This document shows positions 25,546 through 38,730 of a stretch of DNA of 64,000 bases, piece by piece. Location: contig NC_086097.1 of the NCBI RefSeq assembly GCF_963921235.1, positions 54,004,001 through 54,068,000 of the forward strand, written 5' to 3'. Source of the stretch: Mobula hypostoma (Eukaryota). Position numbers and translations under genes: made by a program. Position 1 is the first letter of the stretch. Every line of letters begins with the position of its first letter. Under the pieces are notes generated by a model. The model saw nothing but the letters and a program-made list of their open reading frames with translations, searched no databases and was not told where the DNA came from.

Positions 25546-26696
25546 TTTGTTGAGATATGGCACAGAATAGGCCCCTCTGGCCCTTCATATCACACCTCCC
25601 AGCAATCCCCCAGATAAATCCTAGCCTAATCACAGGACAACTTACAATGACCAATTAACCTACCAACTGGTACGTCTTTGGACTGTGAGAGGAAACAGGA
25701 GCACCCAGAGGAAACCCATGCTGTCACGGGGAGGATGTACAAAACTCCTTACTAGCAGTGATGGGAAAGACCTGATACAGTGTGGAATCCTTTCTGGTTT
25801 CCTTTTGGATCATCTCTGCCATAATAGGGAGGCTTTCGAATTGCATTAGGGAGAACACGTCCAGAGGATCGCCCTCTTTTGTAAAATTTTCAGGTATTTC
25901 CTTTTCCACGGGTAAACGGGACAATCCATCACCATTTCTATGATTAGTTGTCTTCATGAATTCGATCTTGTAACTGTGACCTCCAAGAAACAGGGCCCAT
26001 CTCTGCATTTATGCTGCTGCTGTTAGTGGAACTCCCTTCTGTGGATTGAAAATGGACTCCAGTGGTTGTTGATCAGTAATAAGGGTAAACTCTTTCTCAT
26101 ACAAATACTGGATAAAACATTTTATACCCTCAACCAGGCTGAAGGCCTCTCTGCCAATCCGTGTGTAATTTTTCTCTGCAGTGGTAAGGGAATGTGATAC
26201 AAAGGCATTGGGGCATTCACTTCTGTACTTATAAATGTGATATGACTGCACCTATACCATAAGACGAGGCATCACAGACAAGCTTTACTGGACAATGTGG
26301 ATCAGAATGTCTAAGTACAGTGTCTAACATCACTCTTTCCTTTACCTTTTGAAAAGCTACCTCATGCTTCTTTGTTCATTGCTGTTTCCTCCCAATCTGT
26401 AGTAATGTGTTCAAGTGGGAAACACAGTAGCCTAGTGTGCCAGGAACCTATTATAGTAATTGACCAATCCTAAAAATGACTACAACTGTGACGCATTCTT
26501 TGGCTTTTGGGCATCCACCACCACTTGAATTTTCTCAGCACACTTGTGTAATTCTTGTGCTCAATGATGTGAGCACAGTGATTGATGCCTGGTTTAAAGA
26601 ATTCACACTTGTTACGTCGTGCTCTGAGGCAATATCTTCTAAGCTTTTAATACTGTCTCGACATACAGTCCAAAGGTACGTGAGAAGGGCACCCGC

Positions 26697-27131
26697 ATGG
26701 TCTGTTGCCTCCCGGGTGCCAGGGTCCGGGATGTCTCTGACCGGGTGCACGACATCCTGGTACGAGAGGGAAAGCAACCAGAAGTCGTGATACATGTTGG
26801 GACCAACGACATAGGCAGGAAGAGGGATGAGGTCCTGAAGTGTGAGTTTTGGGAAATAGGCAGAAGGCTGAAGAACAGGACCTCAAGGGTGGTGTTCTCA
26901 GAATTGCTGCCAGTGCTACGTGACAGTGATGGTAAGAATTGGAGGAGATGGCAGTTGAATGCGTGGCTGAGGAGTTGGTGCAGGGAGCAGGGTTTTAGGT
27001 TTTGAGATCATTGGGATCTCTTCTGGGGAAGGTGGGACCTGTACAGATTGGATGGGTTGCACCTGAACTCGAGGGGGAGCAATATCCTTGCAGGTAGGTT
27101 TGCTAGCATGGTTCGGGAGGGTTTAAACTAA
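26697..27131 (+). pseudogene. CR1 ORF1 SGNH/GDSL esterase-like domain, 5'-truncated, internal stop at 27003-27005
   Basis: CLPGARV, IHVGTND, and DGLHLN downstream of the stop in the same frame. Confidence 0.85.
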
Positions 27132-27166
27132 TTTGCGAGGGGTATGGGACCCAGAGCGATAGAGCA

Positions 27167-30049
27167 GTGAAAGAAGTGCATGGAGTAAAGCCAGATCTAA
27201 CATACAGAGAGGCTTTGAGGAAAGAGAAGCAGAATAAACGGTGTAAAGACAGTAAGGTACAAGGACTGAAATGTGTGTACCTCAATGCAAGAAGCATCAG
27301 GAACAAAGGTAATGAACTGAGAGCTTGGATACCTACATGGAATTATGATGTAGTGGCCATTACAGAGACTTGGCTGGCACCAGGGCAGGAATGGATTCTC
27401 AACATTCCTGGATTTCAGTGCTTTAAAAGGGATAGAGAGGGCGGAAAAAGGGGAGGAGGGGTGGCATTACTGATCAGGGATACTATTACAGCTACAGAAA
27501 GGGTGGGTAATGTAGCAGGATCCTCTTTTGAGTCAGTATGGGTGGAAGTCCGGAACAGGAAGGGAGCAGTTACTCTGTTGGGGGTATTCTATAGGCCCCC
27601 TGGTAGCAGCAGAGATACAGAGGAGCAGATTGGGAGGCAGATTTTGGAAAGGTGCAAAAATAACAGGGTTGTTATCATGGGTGACTTTAACTTCCCTAAT
27701 ATTGATTGGCACCTGATTAGTTCCAAGAGTTTAGATGGGGCAGAGTTTGTTAAGTGTGTCCAGGACGGATTCCTGTCACAGTATGTGGACAGGCCGACCA
27801 GGGGGAATGCCATACTAGATCTAGTACGAGGTAATGAACCGGGTCAGGTCACAGATCTCTCAGTGGGTGAGCATCTGGGGGACAGTGACCACCACTCCCT
27901 GGCCTTTAGTATTATCATGGAAAAGGATAGAATCAGAGAGGACAGGAAAATTTTTAATTGGGGAAAGGCAAATTATGAGGCTATAAGGCTAGAACTTGCG
28001 CATGTGAATTGGGATGATGTTTTTGCAGGGAAATGTACTATGGACATGTGGTCGATGTTTAGAGATCTCTTGCGGGATGTGAGGGATAAATTTGTCCCGG
28101 TGAGGAAGATAAAGAATGGTAGGGTGAAGGAACCATGGGTGACAAGTGAGGTGGAAAATCTAGTCAGGTGGAAGAAGGCAGCATACATGAGGTTTAGGAA
28201 GCAAGGATCAGATGGGTCTATTGAGGAATATAGGGTAGCAAGAAAGGAGCTTAAGAAGGGGCTGAGAAGAGCAAGAAGGGGGCATGAGAAGGCCTTGGCA
28301 AGTAGGGTAAAGGAAAACCCCAAGGAATTCTTCAATTATGTGAAGAAAAAAAGGATGACAGGAGTGAAGGTAGGACCGATTAGAGATAAAGGTGGGAAGA
28401 TGTGCCTGGAGGTGAGCGAGGTCCTCAATGAATACTTCTCTTCGGTATTCACCAATGAGAGGGAACTTGATGATGGTGAGGACAATATGAGTGAGGCTGA
28501 TGTTCTGGAGCATGTTGACATTAAGGGAGAGGAGGTGTTGGAGTTGTTAAAATACATTAGGACAGATAAGTCCCCGGGGCCTGACAGAATATTCCCCAGG
28601 CTGCTCCACGAGGCGACAAAAGAGATTGCTGAGCCTCTGGCTAGGATCTTTATGCCCTCGTTGTCCACGGGAATGGTACCAGAGGATTGGAGGGAGGCAA
28701 ATGTTGTCCCCTTGTTCAAAAAAAGTAGTAGGGATAGTCCGGGTAATTATAGACCAGTGAGCCTTACGTCTGTTGTGGGAAAGCTGTTGGAAAAGATTCT
28801 TAGAGACAGAATCTATAGGCGTTTAGAGAATCATGGTCTGATCAGGGACAGTCAGCATGGCTTTGTGAAGGGCAGATCATGTCTAACAAGCCTGATAGAG
28901 TTCTTTGAGGAGGTGACCAGTCATATAGATGAGGATAGTGCAGTGGATGTGATCTATATGGATTTTAGTAAGGCATTTGACAAGGTTCCACACGGTAGGC
29001 TTATTCAGAAAGTCAGAAGGCATGGGATCCTGGGAAGCTTGGCCAGGTGGATTCAGAATTGGCTTGCCTGCAGAAGGCAGAGGGTCGTGGTGGAGGGAGT
29101 ACATTCAGATTGGAGGATTGTGACTCGTGGTGTCCCACAAGGCTCTATTCTGGGACCTCTACTTTTTGTGATTTTTATTAACAACCTGGATGTGGGGGTA
29201 GAAGGGTGGGTTGGCAAGTTTGCAGACGACACAAAGGTTGGTGGTGTTGTAGATAGTGTAGAGGATTGTCAAAGATTGCATACAGACATTGATAGGATGC
29301 AGAAGTGGGCTGAGAAGTGGCAGATGGAGTTCAACCCGGAGAAGTGTGAGGTGGTACACTTTGGAAGGATAAACTCCAAGGCAGAGTACAAAGTAAATGG
29401 CAGGATACTTGGTAGTGTGGAGGAGCAGAGGGATCTCAGGGTACATGTCCACAGATCCCTGAAAGTTGCCTCATAGGTGGATAGGGTAGTTAAGAAATCT
29501 TACAGGGTGTTAGCTTTCATAAGTTGAGGGATAGAGTTTAAGAGTCACGATGTAATGATGTAGCTCTGTAAAACTCTGGTTAGGCCACGCTTGGAGTACT
29601 GTGTCCAGTTCTGGTCACCTCACTGTAGGAAGGTTGTGGAAGCATTGGAAAGGGTACAGAGGAGATTTACCAGGATGCTGCCTGGTTTAGAAAGTATGCA
29701 TTATGATCAGAGATTAAGGGAGCTAGGGCTTTACTCTTTGGAGAGAAGGAGGATGAGAGGAGACATGATAAAGGTGTACAAGATAATACGAGGAATAGAT
29801 AGAGTGGATAGCCAGCGCCTCTTCCCCAGGGCACCACTGCTCAATACAAGAGGACATGGCTTTAAGGTAAGGGGTGGGAAGTTCAAGGGGGATATTAGAG
29901 GAAGGTTTTTTACTCAGAGAGTGGTTGGTGCGTGGAATGCACTGCCTGAGTCAATGGTAGAGGCAGATACACTAATGAAGTTTAAGAGACTACTAGACAG
30001 GTATATGGAGGAATTTAAGGTGGGGACTTATATGGGAGGCAGGGTTTGA
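27167..30049 (+). pseudogene. CR1 ORF2 (APE endonuclease + reverse transcriptase) with in-frame stops clustered near 29474-29563
   Basis: NARS, ITETW, YRPP, GDFN, SDH; YMDFSKAFD, GVPQG, FADD. The C-terminus is ORF 29591..30049 in the same frame. Confidence 0.93.
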
Positions 30050-30934
30050 GGGTCGGCACAACATTGTAGGCCGAAGGGCCTGTACTGCGCTGTACTATTC
30101 TATGTTCTATGTTCTATGAGATTTTGGAGATGTTCCTTGTTGTCGTCATCACTGGTGACAACAATGTCACCCAGGTAACTCTGAGTGCCTGGGCAAACTT
30201 GCAGTACCTGGTCTATCACCTTCTGCCAGAGCCCGGGTGCAGATGCGACTCCAAAATTAGGCTTTTTATGGTAATAAAACCTTTCTAAGTGTTTATGGTG
30301 AGAAAAACTTTAGACTCTTCTTACATTTCCATCTGCAGTTAGGCCTCAGCTAAGTCTACTTAGCTGAAGTGTTTTCCCCCAGAAAGGTTTCCAAAGATAT
30401 CCTCTATACTGGGCAGAGGGTATTGATCTACTTTGAGTATTTGGTTGATGGTGACCTTAAAATCACCAAAGATCCTAACAGGCCCATTCTTCTTGGCTGC
30501 TAGGACCACTGGTGTTGCCTATGGCCTCAACTCAAATTTGGAAAGAATTCTTTAAGCTTCCAAGGGATCTAGCTCACATGATGGTATAAGGAACCAGATG
30601 GGCTTTGTTAAAACTTGGGTGTGGAAATTTCATTGAACACTATTTTAGCCTTGATAAGTTTGAGTTTTCCAAAGCCATCCTTGAACATTGCTGTGGCATC
30701 ATCCAGTACATTTCATAATTCACTTTCAGTTGGCTCTATTGCAGGGAATGTGACATGCAAATAGTGGATGGATCTCCAATCAAGTTGTAGTTGTTTCAGC
30801 CGATCATGACCCCCCGCCCCCAATGCTGGCCCTCCTGTTTTTAGCACCTACTAGCTAAAATTTTCCCAATGTGGTAAAATTTCACTGTTATGAATGTCAT
30901 TCTCACAGAAATTATCTTTTCTCCAGTATACATT

Positions 30935-31556
30935 ACTGGACTTCCCCAACATCGGGAACAATCTTCCTGCATCTAGCCTGTCCAATCCCTTTAGGATTTT
31001 ATACGTTTCAATCAGATCCCTCCTCAATCTTCTAAATTCCAACAAGTATAAGCCTAGTTCATCCAGTCTTTCATCATATGAAAGTCCTGCCATCCCAGGA
31101 ATCAATCTGGTGAACCTTCTTTGTACTCCCTCTATGGCAAGGATGTCTTTCCTCAGATTAGGGGACCAAAACTGCACACAATACTCCAGGTGTGGTCTCA
31201 CCAAGGCCTTGTACAACTGCAGTAGTACCTCCCTGCTCCTGTACTCGAATCCTCTTTCACAGTTTGAGGATAAAGGGGAAGCCTTTTAGGACTGAGATTA
31301 GGAAAAACTTCTTCATACAGAGAGTGGTGAATCGGTGGAATTCTCTGCCACAGGAGACAGTTGAGGCCAGTTCATTGGCTATATTTAAGAGGGAGTTAGA
31401 TATGGCCCTTGTGTCTAAAGGGATCAGGGGGTATGGAGGGAAGGCTGGTACAGGGTTCTGAGTTGGATGATCAGCCATAATCATACTGAATGGCGGTGCA
31501 GGCTTGAAGGGCCGAATGGCCTACTCCTGCTTCTATTTTCTATGTTTCTATGTTTC
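30935..31556. mobile_element. CR1 insertion with 5' inversion (30935-31255 minus; 31257-31556 plus with tail)
   Basis: Minus part [11 protein letters not shown]...GKS, plus part HSLRIKG...GTGF and (tttctatg)n. TSD tatacatt / tatacgtt at 30927-30934 and 31557-31564. Confidence 0.85.
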
Positions 31557-32755
31557 TATACGTTCTTGGCTGGATATCTGCAGGCTTCAATTCAATATCT
31601 TTGAAATGACATTCAAATTCATTTTGTGGAATGACTTAAACAACTAAGTCAGTGTCCAATTCCATTTTAATTAATTTGCCGCTCACTTCTGGTGTAAGCC
31701 ATATGGATTGTCTCACATTGTAAATCCCAAGGCTACACAGTCCTGTGTCACTTTTATCATCATCCATTTTTTTTTATCAAATGCAGATTAGTGAGCTTCT
31801 TGAAACTTCAACTTGACTTTTTATCTTCTTCTCTTCCCTGTGCAACCCACTTATTTTTGCTTGCCCAAAATGCTCTTCGTATGTGTCCCACTTAGTTTCA
31901 TTTTCTGCAAGTTCCACCTTTAAACCTGCATTGGTCTGATGTATATGAGCCCTGCCACAACGGTAACTCAATTATTTGGCCAGGCCAGTTTCTGTTTCGA
32001 AGTTGTAAATTTGTTCACACTCACTTTTATTCCTAACTGCAATTGTACCTCTGTCTGCTGTTTCCATTGACACAGTGATTTCAACTGCACTTTTAAATGT
32101 AAGTTGTACTTCAGTTAAGAGCCATTTTTGAATGCTTTCTAGTAAGATTTTACAAACTAAATTATCTCTCTGTACATTATTAATCCATTCACTGAGCTAA
32201 CAAAACTGAGACATTTTCTTTAATTCAGCCAGGTATGCCGAAATGAAACCTAAAGCATTCTGGTTTTGGTTCTAAATGTTCCTGGATTACTTCCATGAAA
32301 GCAGCAAAGCTCATTTTGGCTAGTTTGGTTGGAGCAGTCAAACTTCAAATCAAACTGTATGCTTTCCCACTTAATACACTCAGCAGAACTGGCACTCACT
32401 TTTCACTGGCTATGTCATTTGCTGCAAAATACAGCTCAATTCACTTAGTATGTATCAGCCAGTTATCTTTTATGCAATCGAACATGTCTATCTTTCCGAA
32501 TTAGCCAGCCATTTCTGCATTTCTTTTTACTTGTGGTTATTATCACCTGGTACTCACTGTCTATGAACCCATGAATTTCATCCGTTTTCTGCCTTTTTTT
32601 AAACTCAACCAACTCTGTCCCTTCCCCAAGAAGCACGCACTGAACTTTTTTTTCATCTCAAACGTCTCCCTGTGCTTTTTTTTACTTGAACATCTTGCTG
32701 CACTTCAAAAGGTAGGTAGTCGTCTTGGATTCATTTAAAACTGCCTTGTTGCCAC

Positions 32756-33006
32756 TGTTATGCTTTGTAAAACCAAAATATGAAACAAATTGTAAGAAAT
32801 ACATGGAGCTGGGAATAATGTGTCATTAGTTTTCGTTCTCTACTTCCCGTGAAGCTCACACTTATTACGTGACAATGTAATGACTTAAGCCATTCACATA
32901 CTTAAACACATAACCATAATGAATTATGTAAACAACAAAGAATACTTAATCAACTAATATATTTATAACATTACTCAAATATTACTGGAATATTAAATAC
33001 ACAACA
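32756..33006 (-). repeat. Gypsy 5' LTR
   Basis: tgttatg...aaatacacaaca with TG...CA ends; abuts the PBS-like sequence at ~32744-32754. Confidence 0.88.
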
Positions 33007-35862
33007 ACCAGAGGTCAGGATAGAATACCAGGATGCTGGAGGCATGAAGCAGACATACTACTTGTTGTGTTGTTGCACAGCCCTACATTTTTGTATGCGG
33101 GTTTCTGAAGCAGAATTTGAATCGTCTGATTCATAAGTGAGTGTGCATCGACAACTGACCCTCAAGTTGTGGGTGGATTGAGGAGATGGCTGGGATTCTG
33201 CTGACTGATATTGAAATGGCACTGTCATCTCAGCCCTACTTCAGCATTTTAATTAGTGAAGATTGTTTTTACTAGAAGGCTTTGTAAATTGGGCACACTA
33301 CTACTATGAAGTGTAAGTATTTGGATGTCCAACTGTGAATGAGTATTTCACATATTGCAATGTTCACCTTGGGACTGCACCAACATCCACTGTTTGGGCA
33401 CAAACAAGGCAACAGTGGGGCAAAAATTAGTTCCAACCTGAAAGTGAGACAGGAGAACATGGCAACCATCCACTCATCAGCACTTAATCGTACATTTCAC
33501 ATCTTGAACAGCACCAGTAATGCTTAAGCAGATAGTGAGTGGGTAAAAAAAAATGTGAAAATGAATGAATCTGAACTGTTAAAAGAACTGCAGCAACATA
33601 ATCACAAAATCTGTAGCAACGCAAGTTTCATACTCCAGTTGCTCTCAATATCCCTAGCAAAGTGAAAATATTTCTGCTCCACTTCTGAAAGTGTACACAC
33701 GTGGTGAAAAGATGAGATCAGAATGTCGGTGTGCACATTCAAGCAAGCTGACTGCACCCAAATCTCAGCTCGTAAATGAAAAATAGTTATTGAACTGAGG
33801 TACTGGAAGGGAACTCTGAACGGAGCTATGCTTAGGCATGGTACTTGTATGTCGGTGGCTCCTCAGGACTGAGGAATACTTGCTTCATTTCCGTTCCAGT
33901 CCTGTCGCGTCTATGGTGACTGAAGAAAACCGTGCGGGATCTCAGACTCTCCAAGAATGGCCAGAAGCTGCTTCATGAGACAAGTGGATTGGTAGTGTGG
34001 GAAGCATTATGTTCTTTCTGTCATTTATACTAGTTTTCTGTGTGCTCCTGATGAAGGGACGTGGATTATGGTATCATTCCAAATGCACCTTCTTTATTTT
34101 GAGTCCTCATGAGGTTCAGGGGTGATGCTAAATTTATTTTTCCCAAAGATGTTTTGAGACTTTCCTTGCAACATTTCCTCTTTATGCCTGATAATCTCTT
34201 GTGTGACAGAATTCAAAGTTGAGTGCAATTTCGGGAATTTGATATCAGGGATATAAGTGATATAGCTAACCCAACAAAGCTGAACACACATAGTTAACGT
34301 TGGAGCTATTTGCCTGGAAGAGAGCAGTGATGATGTTGGTTTACTTATCCTGTCAGAAGAGTTGGAGGATTTTGCGACGCTAGTGTATATGCAAAGCATT
34401 GAGGTAAGATAGAAAGCTAGAGAAAGTGAATGGGGAAAATAATTCTAAGTTTCAGGAGGCAATCCATAGTCAGTAGTTTGCTTCTGTGCAGTAATATGGC
34501 CATCAGCTTGGCACAAAGTTGCTACAGAAAGATGTGTTTGCAGTGCAGAGTGTACTTTTCTATGGCCAGGGAAATAAATTTGGGAAAGGCACTGCAGAGT
34601 TTGCTAATCAAGATAAAAATACTTCTGTAAGTCTTTTCTTTACTTTACTATTATAACTGTCCTACTAATCTTGATTTCTCTTCCTCTTCTTTTTCCCAAA
34701 GCGAAAGGGAGTGCTGTCTGCTACTGGTACTGAAGCAAGCCCATTGATCAGGTAGCAGGTGTTAAGTCATTTGGGAAAACAGATGGAATGAATTTGTGGA
34801 TATTTTATCAGTAGATTGACCGGGTGTTATCTGAACAATGTGCACTGCTGAACGTTGTGTAGTTTGGAACTAAGTTACCTCAGCCCTACAGGAGGCACAG
34901 AGAGAACATCCTTACCACTTCACTGAGGCCACATGAAGTACTTCTTGTTCTCCCAGCACACTGAAAACAAAAGAAATCTCAAATTGTAGCCTGTGAATTT
35001 TAAAATGCTTTTGATATAGATGCTTAAAATTGATTATTTTGCACTATGCTTCATGAGTTTTGTGCCCATTCTGCAAACTGACGAGCTAATTTCCTTTAAT
35101 ATTATTAGTGCCCGTTCTGCCAAGTCAGCAGAAACTATTTTGGTATTAGGGCAGGTCAACTGTATTATCTTTCCTTCCCTCGCTCTTTTCAGCCAAGTAA
35201 TTCAGCTTGTGCCAATACTATATCCAAAGGATAACGGTCAAGGCTTGCATCCTACTGTCACACCTCTGCCTGGGAGAAGTGTTAACAGAAGAGTCCCTTT
35301 ATTCATCCAGTGTTTCTCAGATCATCATCCAATACGATGAGACAATATAACAAACTACTTAAGAATATAAGAGCTAGAAGCAGGAAAAGACCATCTGACT
35401 CTGCCATCATCAAGATCATGGTTGATCTTCTACCTCAGCTCCATTTTCTTGTGCTATTCCCATGTCCCTTGATTACCTTTGTTGATCTCTGTTTGAATGA
35501 ACCCAGTGACCAAGTCTTCACAGCCCCCCAGGTAGAGATTTCCAGAAGCCCACCACCCGCATCTCAGCGCTAAGTGACCTACCCCTTGTTCAAGATCTCT
35601 CAAAGTGGGGAAACATTCTCCTTGCATCCAACCTGTCGAGATAGATCAGAATTATGTCCATTTTAATGAGATCTTTTTCTAGAACATACTGTACATCTAG
35701 AAATTTGATGTATTCTCTAGAAAAGGAAAATCTTATTAAATCTCCCGAACAACAAACTGTTCTTCCCGGTATCTAGTCTATTGAATTGTTGCGCTACTCT
35801 CTCTTTATGGTAAGCACATCCCTTTTCAGTTAGGAGACTAAAAAAGAACTCGGTATTCCAAG

Positions 35863-35971
35863 GCAAACAACAGGAATTCTGCAGATGCTGGAAATTCAAG
35901 CAACATACATCAAAGTTGCTGGTAGATGCTGCTTGGCCTGCTGCGTTCACCAGCAACTTTGATGTATGTTG
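35863..35971. mobile_element. Short Penelope-derived inverted-arm insertion in an old antisense CR1 (~35365-36310)
   Basis: Perfect 24-bp inverted repeat 35900-35923 / 35949-35972. 14-bp TSD ctcggtattccaag at 35849-35862 and 35972-35985. Confidence 0.8.
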
Positions 35972-38124
35972 CTCGGTATTCCAAGCGCTGTCTCACCAGG
36001 ATCCAAAATAATTATTGTAAGACTTCTCAACCGCTATTCTCAAATCCTCTCCTGATGTAGGCCATAGCTGCCTTCCTAACTGCTTACTGCACCTGCATGT
36101 TAACTTGCAGTGATTTGTGTACCTTGGTCCCTTTGAACATGTAATGCCACTATTTAAAAAATACTATTTGTTTTGTTTCATACGATGAAGTAAATGACCC
36201 CACCTTTTCCCACGTTATATTTACCTACTCACTCAGCTCTCCCATATTTCCACAAAGCCTTTTTATATCCACCTTCTTACTCATAATCTCGCCTAAATTC
36301 ATATCACTAGCATTTCCGAAATATGGGATCCTCCCCCACTACCACCCAACAAATCATACAGAAACTACATCAAATTATTTTTGAAACATCTTTTCACCTT
36401 TGTAAATTGGATATTTCCACTGAGAGAAAGCTTGTTAAACTTTACTGAAAGTACCATCATGATTCACAAGCATTCATTGTGTTCTTTTTTGCCCATGGTT
36501 AACATATTCCACAAACTTTGGACATTATGCTGTTAACACCGTGCTCCAGGAGCTGAGCAAGTTCCTTGAGCAAGATTTCCCCCAGCTAAAGCAACATAAA
36601 TGTTCAGCTGTGATAAAAGTTTGTGAGTTTTCCAAACATAAATTAAGCTGATATCATCACCAGAGGACCATAAAACTGATTTATTATAAATACTGTTCTC
36701 ATTTGTTTACAGCTTAAATTCTTTGGTTCTAGTCAATTAGCACGTTAGTCATCTCTCAAAGTGACAGGTGCTTAAATGCATGTTACAAAAGCATTTGGGG
36801 GCAAAAAAGGCAGGGAAGCAGGACAAAAATGTGTTACCAGATATAATGGAGAGGGGAAACCCACTGATACATTCATTGCTGAAACATTTATACCACATGT
36901 GTGCACTTACTTGCTTGTGAAGGAGGAGGAGGTGCTTTAAAAATTCTTTCTCCGCTTGCCTTTGTTGTAAGGTGGTTCTTGGAAAAAATGCTTAGATAAG
37001 GCCAGTAAATTGAAGGAGTTGCCTAATTGCTGAAGTCTCTAGATGCTGGGCACTTAAAAGTTTCTTTCTCCACCCACCTTTCAGCTGACCCGCTTGCACC
37101 ACTTTTGTAAAGGCCAGCAGAGGCTGAACTCTGGAGATAAAGATCGTTTGGAACTGGTATAAGGAGCTCAATGTTGTTTAAATTAAATTCTTTCAAAGGG
37201 CTGACAGCAGAACAGTTATTTTTCATAAGACAGAGGAATTTAGTGAAAAGTTAAGGCTGGTCAGCTTCTTCCTGTCATCTTGTTTTGCGGTTAGATTACC
37301 GCATACTGTACTCCAAATGTAAGGAGTACGTTTACACATCTTATTTATTCAGCTGGATCACTCAGGCCTGTGTTTCTGGCTGATCCAACATATAAACAGA
37401 CCTAGTAAGTGGCTGCCTTTTCCCCCCTCCCCAGTGAGACTGCCACTTAGAAAAGTGTATGGTAGAATTAATGGAAAGCCAGAAATTCCACTTCTCGAGC
37501 CAGCTCTGATGGGAACCACATTTCCATTCACTAAAAACGTAGAGGAAAAGGTGATGGATACCAAAAGAAGTTGACAGTTATTTGACCTTAGGTCTATTAT
37601 CCCATTACTGAAGCTATGAATCTAAAACATCTGGGTTAGCATTTTGAAACCTTATTCCTTTCAATCAGAAACTAATTATCTAACCAATATAGATTAAATA
37701 GTAACCTACAATCGAAGTCACATGAACTTTTCCCTTCAAGTCATTATGAATGCAATTTTTCTTTTTAATAGTTGCAGTAATGTGACAAGTGAAGCTGAAA
37801 ATATAAATGCAGTTAGAAATGCATCCATCACATCTGGGGTTGGGACTGAGTTGCACCGAACAGCAAGATTCCACGTTAAGTCAGTGCAGGGATACAGTTC
37901 TAGTTAAGCCTTAGTCTTCGCGTAGCCTTTCCAATCACTTTTGCTGGAGCTGACTTATGTTAGAGTGTAATTCTACCTCAGATTAACGGCAAATTATCAT
38001 GTGTAAACCCCAACACCTCTACATTATCATTTCCTGTCAGTCACCTTACGTACAGACACTCTTGTGCCTAGTTGTCATTTTATGTATATAAGCTATCTTA
38101 TGTATTTATATTTATTGTGGGGTT

Positions 38125-38730
38125 TTTTGGTAATTTATTTTTCATTGAATTTCATCATCAAACAAACATTTCCATAAGATGTATTTCAGATACTGTACAT
38201 ATATATCATATAATCATATTTGTCACAAATCTCCACATAATATATATCTGAGGTGTACACTTACAGAAAGGAGAGGAAAGAAAGAACAATCGAAAGAAGA
38301 AAACTATGTACATAGTGGGGAGTGATCTCTTCTTTTAACTACATATTCATTGACTTGTGAGAAATCAGGCCTATGAGGTGTTATGTAGTTAAACCATTTT
38401 TTCCAGCATGAATAAAATTGTTCCAACTTATGATTAACAGATGCTGTTATCTTCTCCATTTTGTAAATGTCCATTGTAATTTCCATCCATACATTTAACG
38501 TTGGGCTCTCCTGTGATAACCATTTCCTGGTAAGAGTCTTTTTACCAGCCACCAGCAGTACATTCATTAAATATTTATCCCTTTTCAACCATTCTTGAGG
38601 TATGTACCCAAAGTATATGGTCTTACTCTCTAAGGGTATTTCACATTTAAAGATGTCTTGTAGGGCATTATGTATCCCACTCCAATAGTCTTTGATAACA
38701 GGGCATTCCCAGAAAATATGATAATGGTTG
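38125..38730 (-). mobile_element. L1-clade LINE 3' fragment inserted in a Rex1-type tail (~38020-38855)
   Basis: Minus strand HIFWECP and RKWLSQESPTLNVW...EKI...WKKW, typical of the L1 ORF2 C-terminus; T-rich tail on +. Confidence 0.75.

Larger units (their letters stand above)
25087..25767 (-). mobile_element. HE1-like SINE fragment inside Gypsy pol, itself split by an insertion
   Basis: (attt)n tail at 25087 continuing at 25546 as gttgagatatggcacagaataggccc...gagcacccagaggaaacccatg. Confidence 0.7.
26662..30118 (+). mobile_element. Near full-length CR1 LINE inserted in the Gypsy RT
   Basis: ORF1 esterase remnant, ORF2 EN+RT, 3' UTR and (ttctatg)n tail. Gypsy RT sequence resumes at 30119. 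Confidence 0.93.
23462..33006 (-). mobile_element. Full-structure but decayed Ty3/Gypsy LTR retrotransposon
   Basis: Two homologous LTRs; 5-bp TSD accag (23457-23461, 33007-33011). PBS-like tggcaacaagg next to the right LTR and PPT agggaggag next to the left LTR (minus strand). Domain order gag-PR-RT-RH-IN, with FTLITDQQPL, MQRWAL, TDNGP, WRHYIDQL motifs. Confidence 0.9.
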
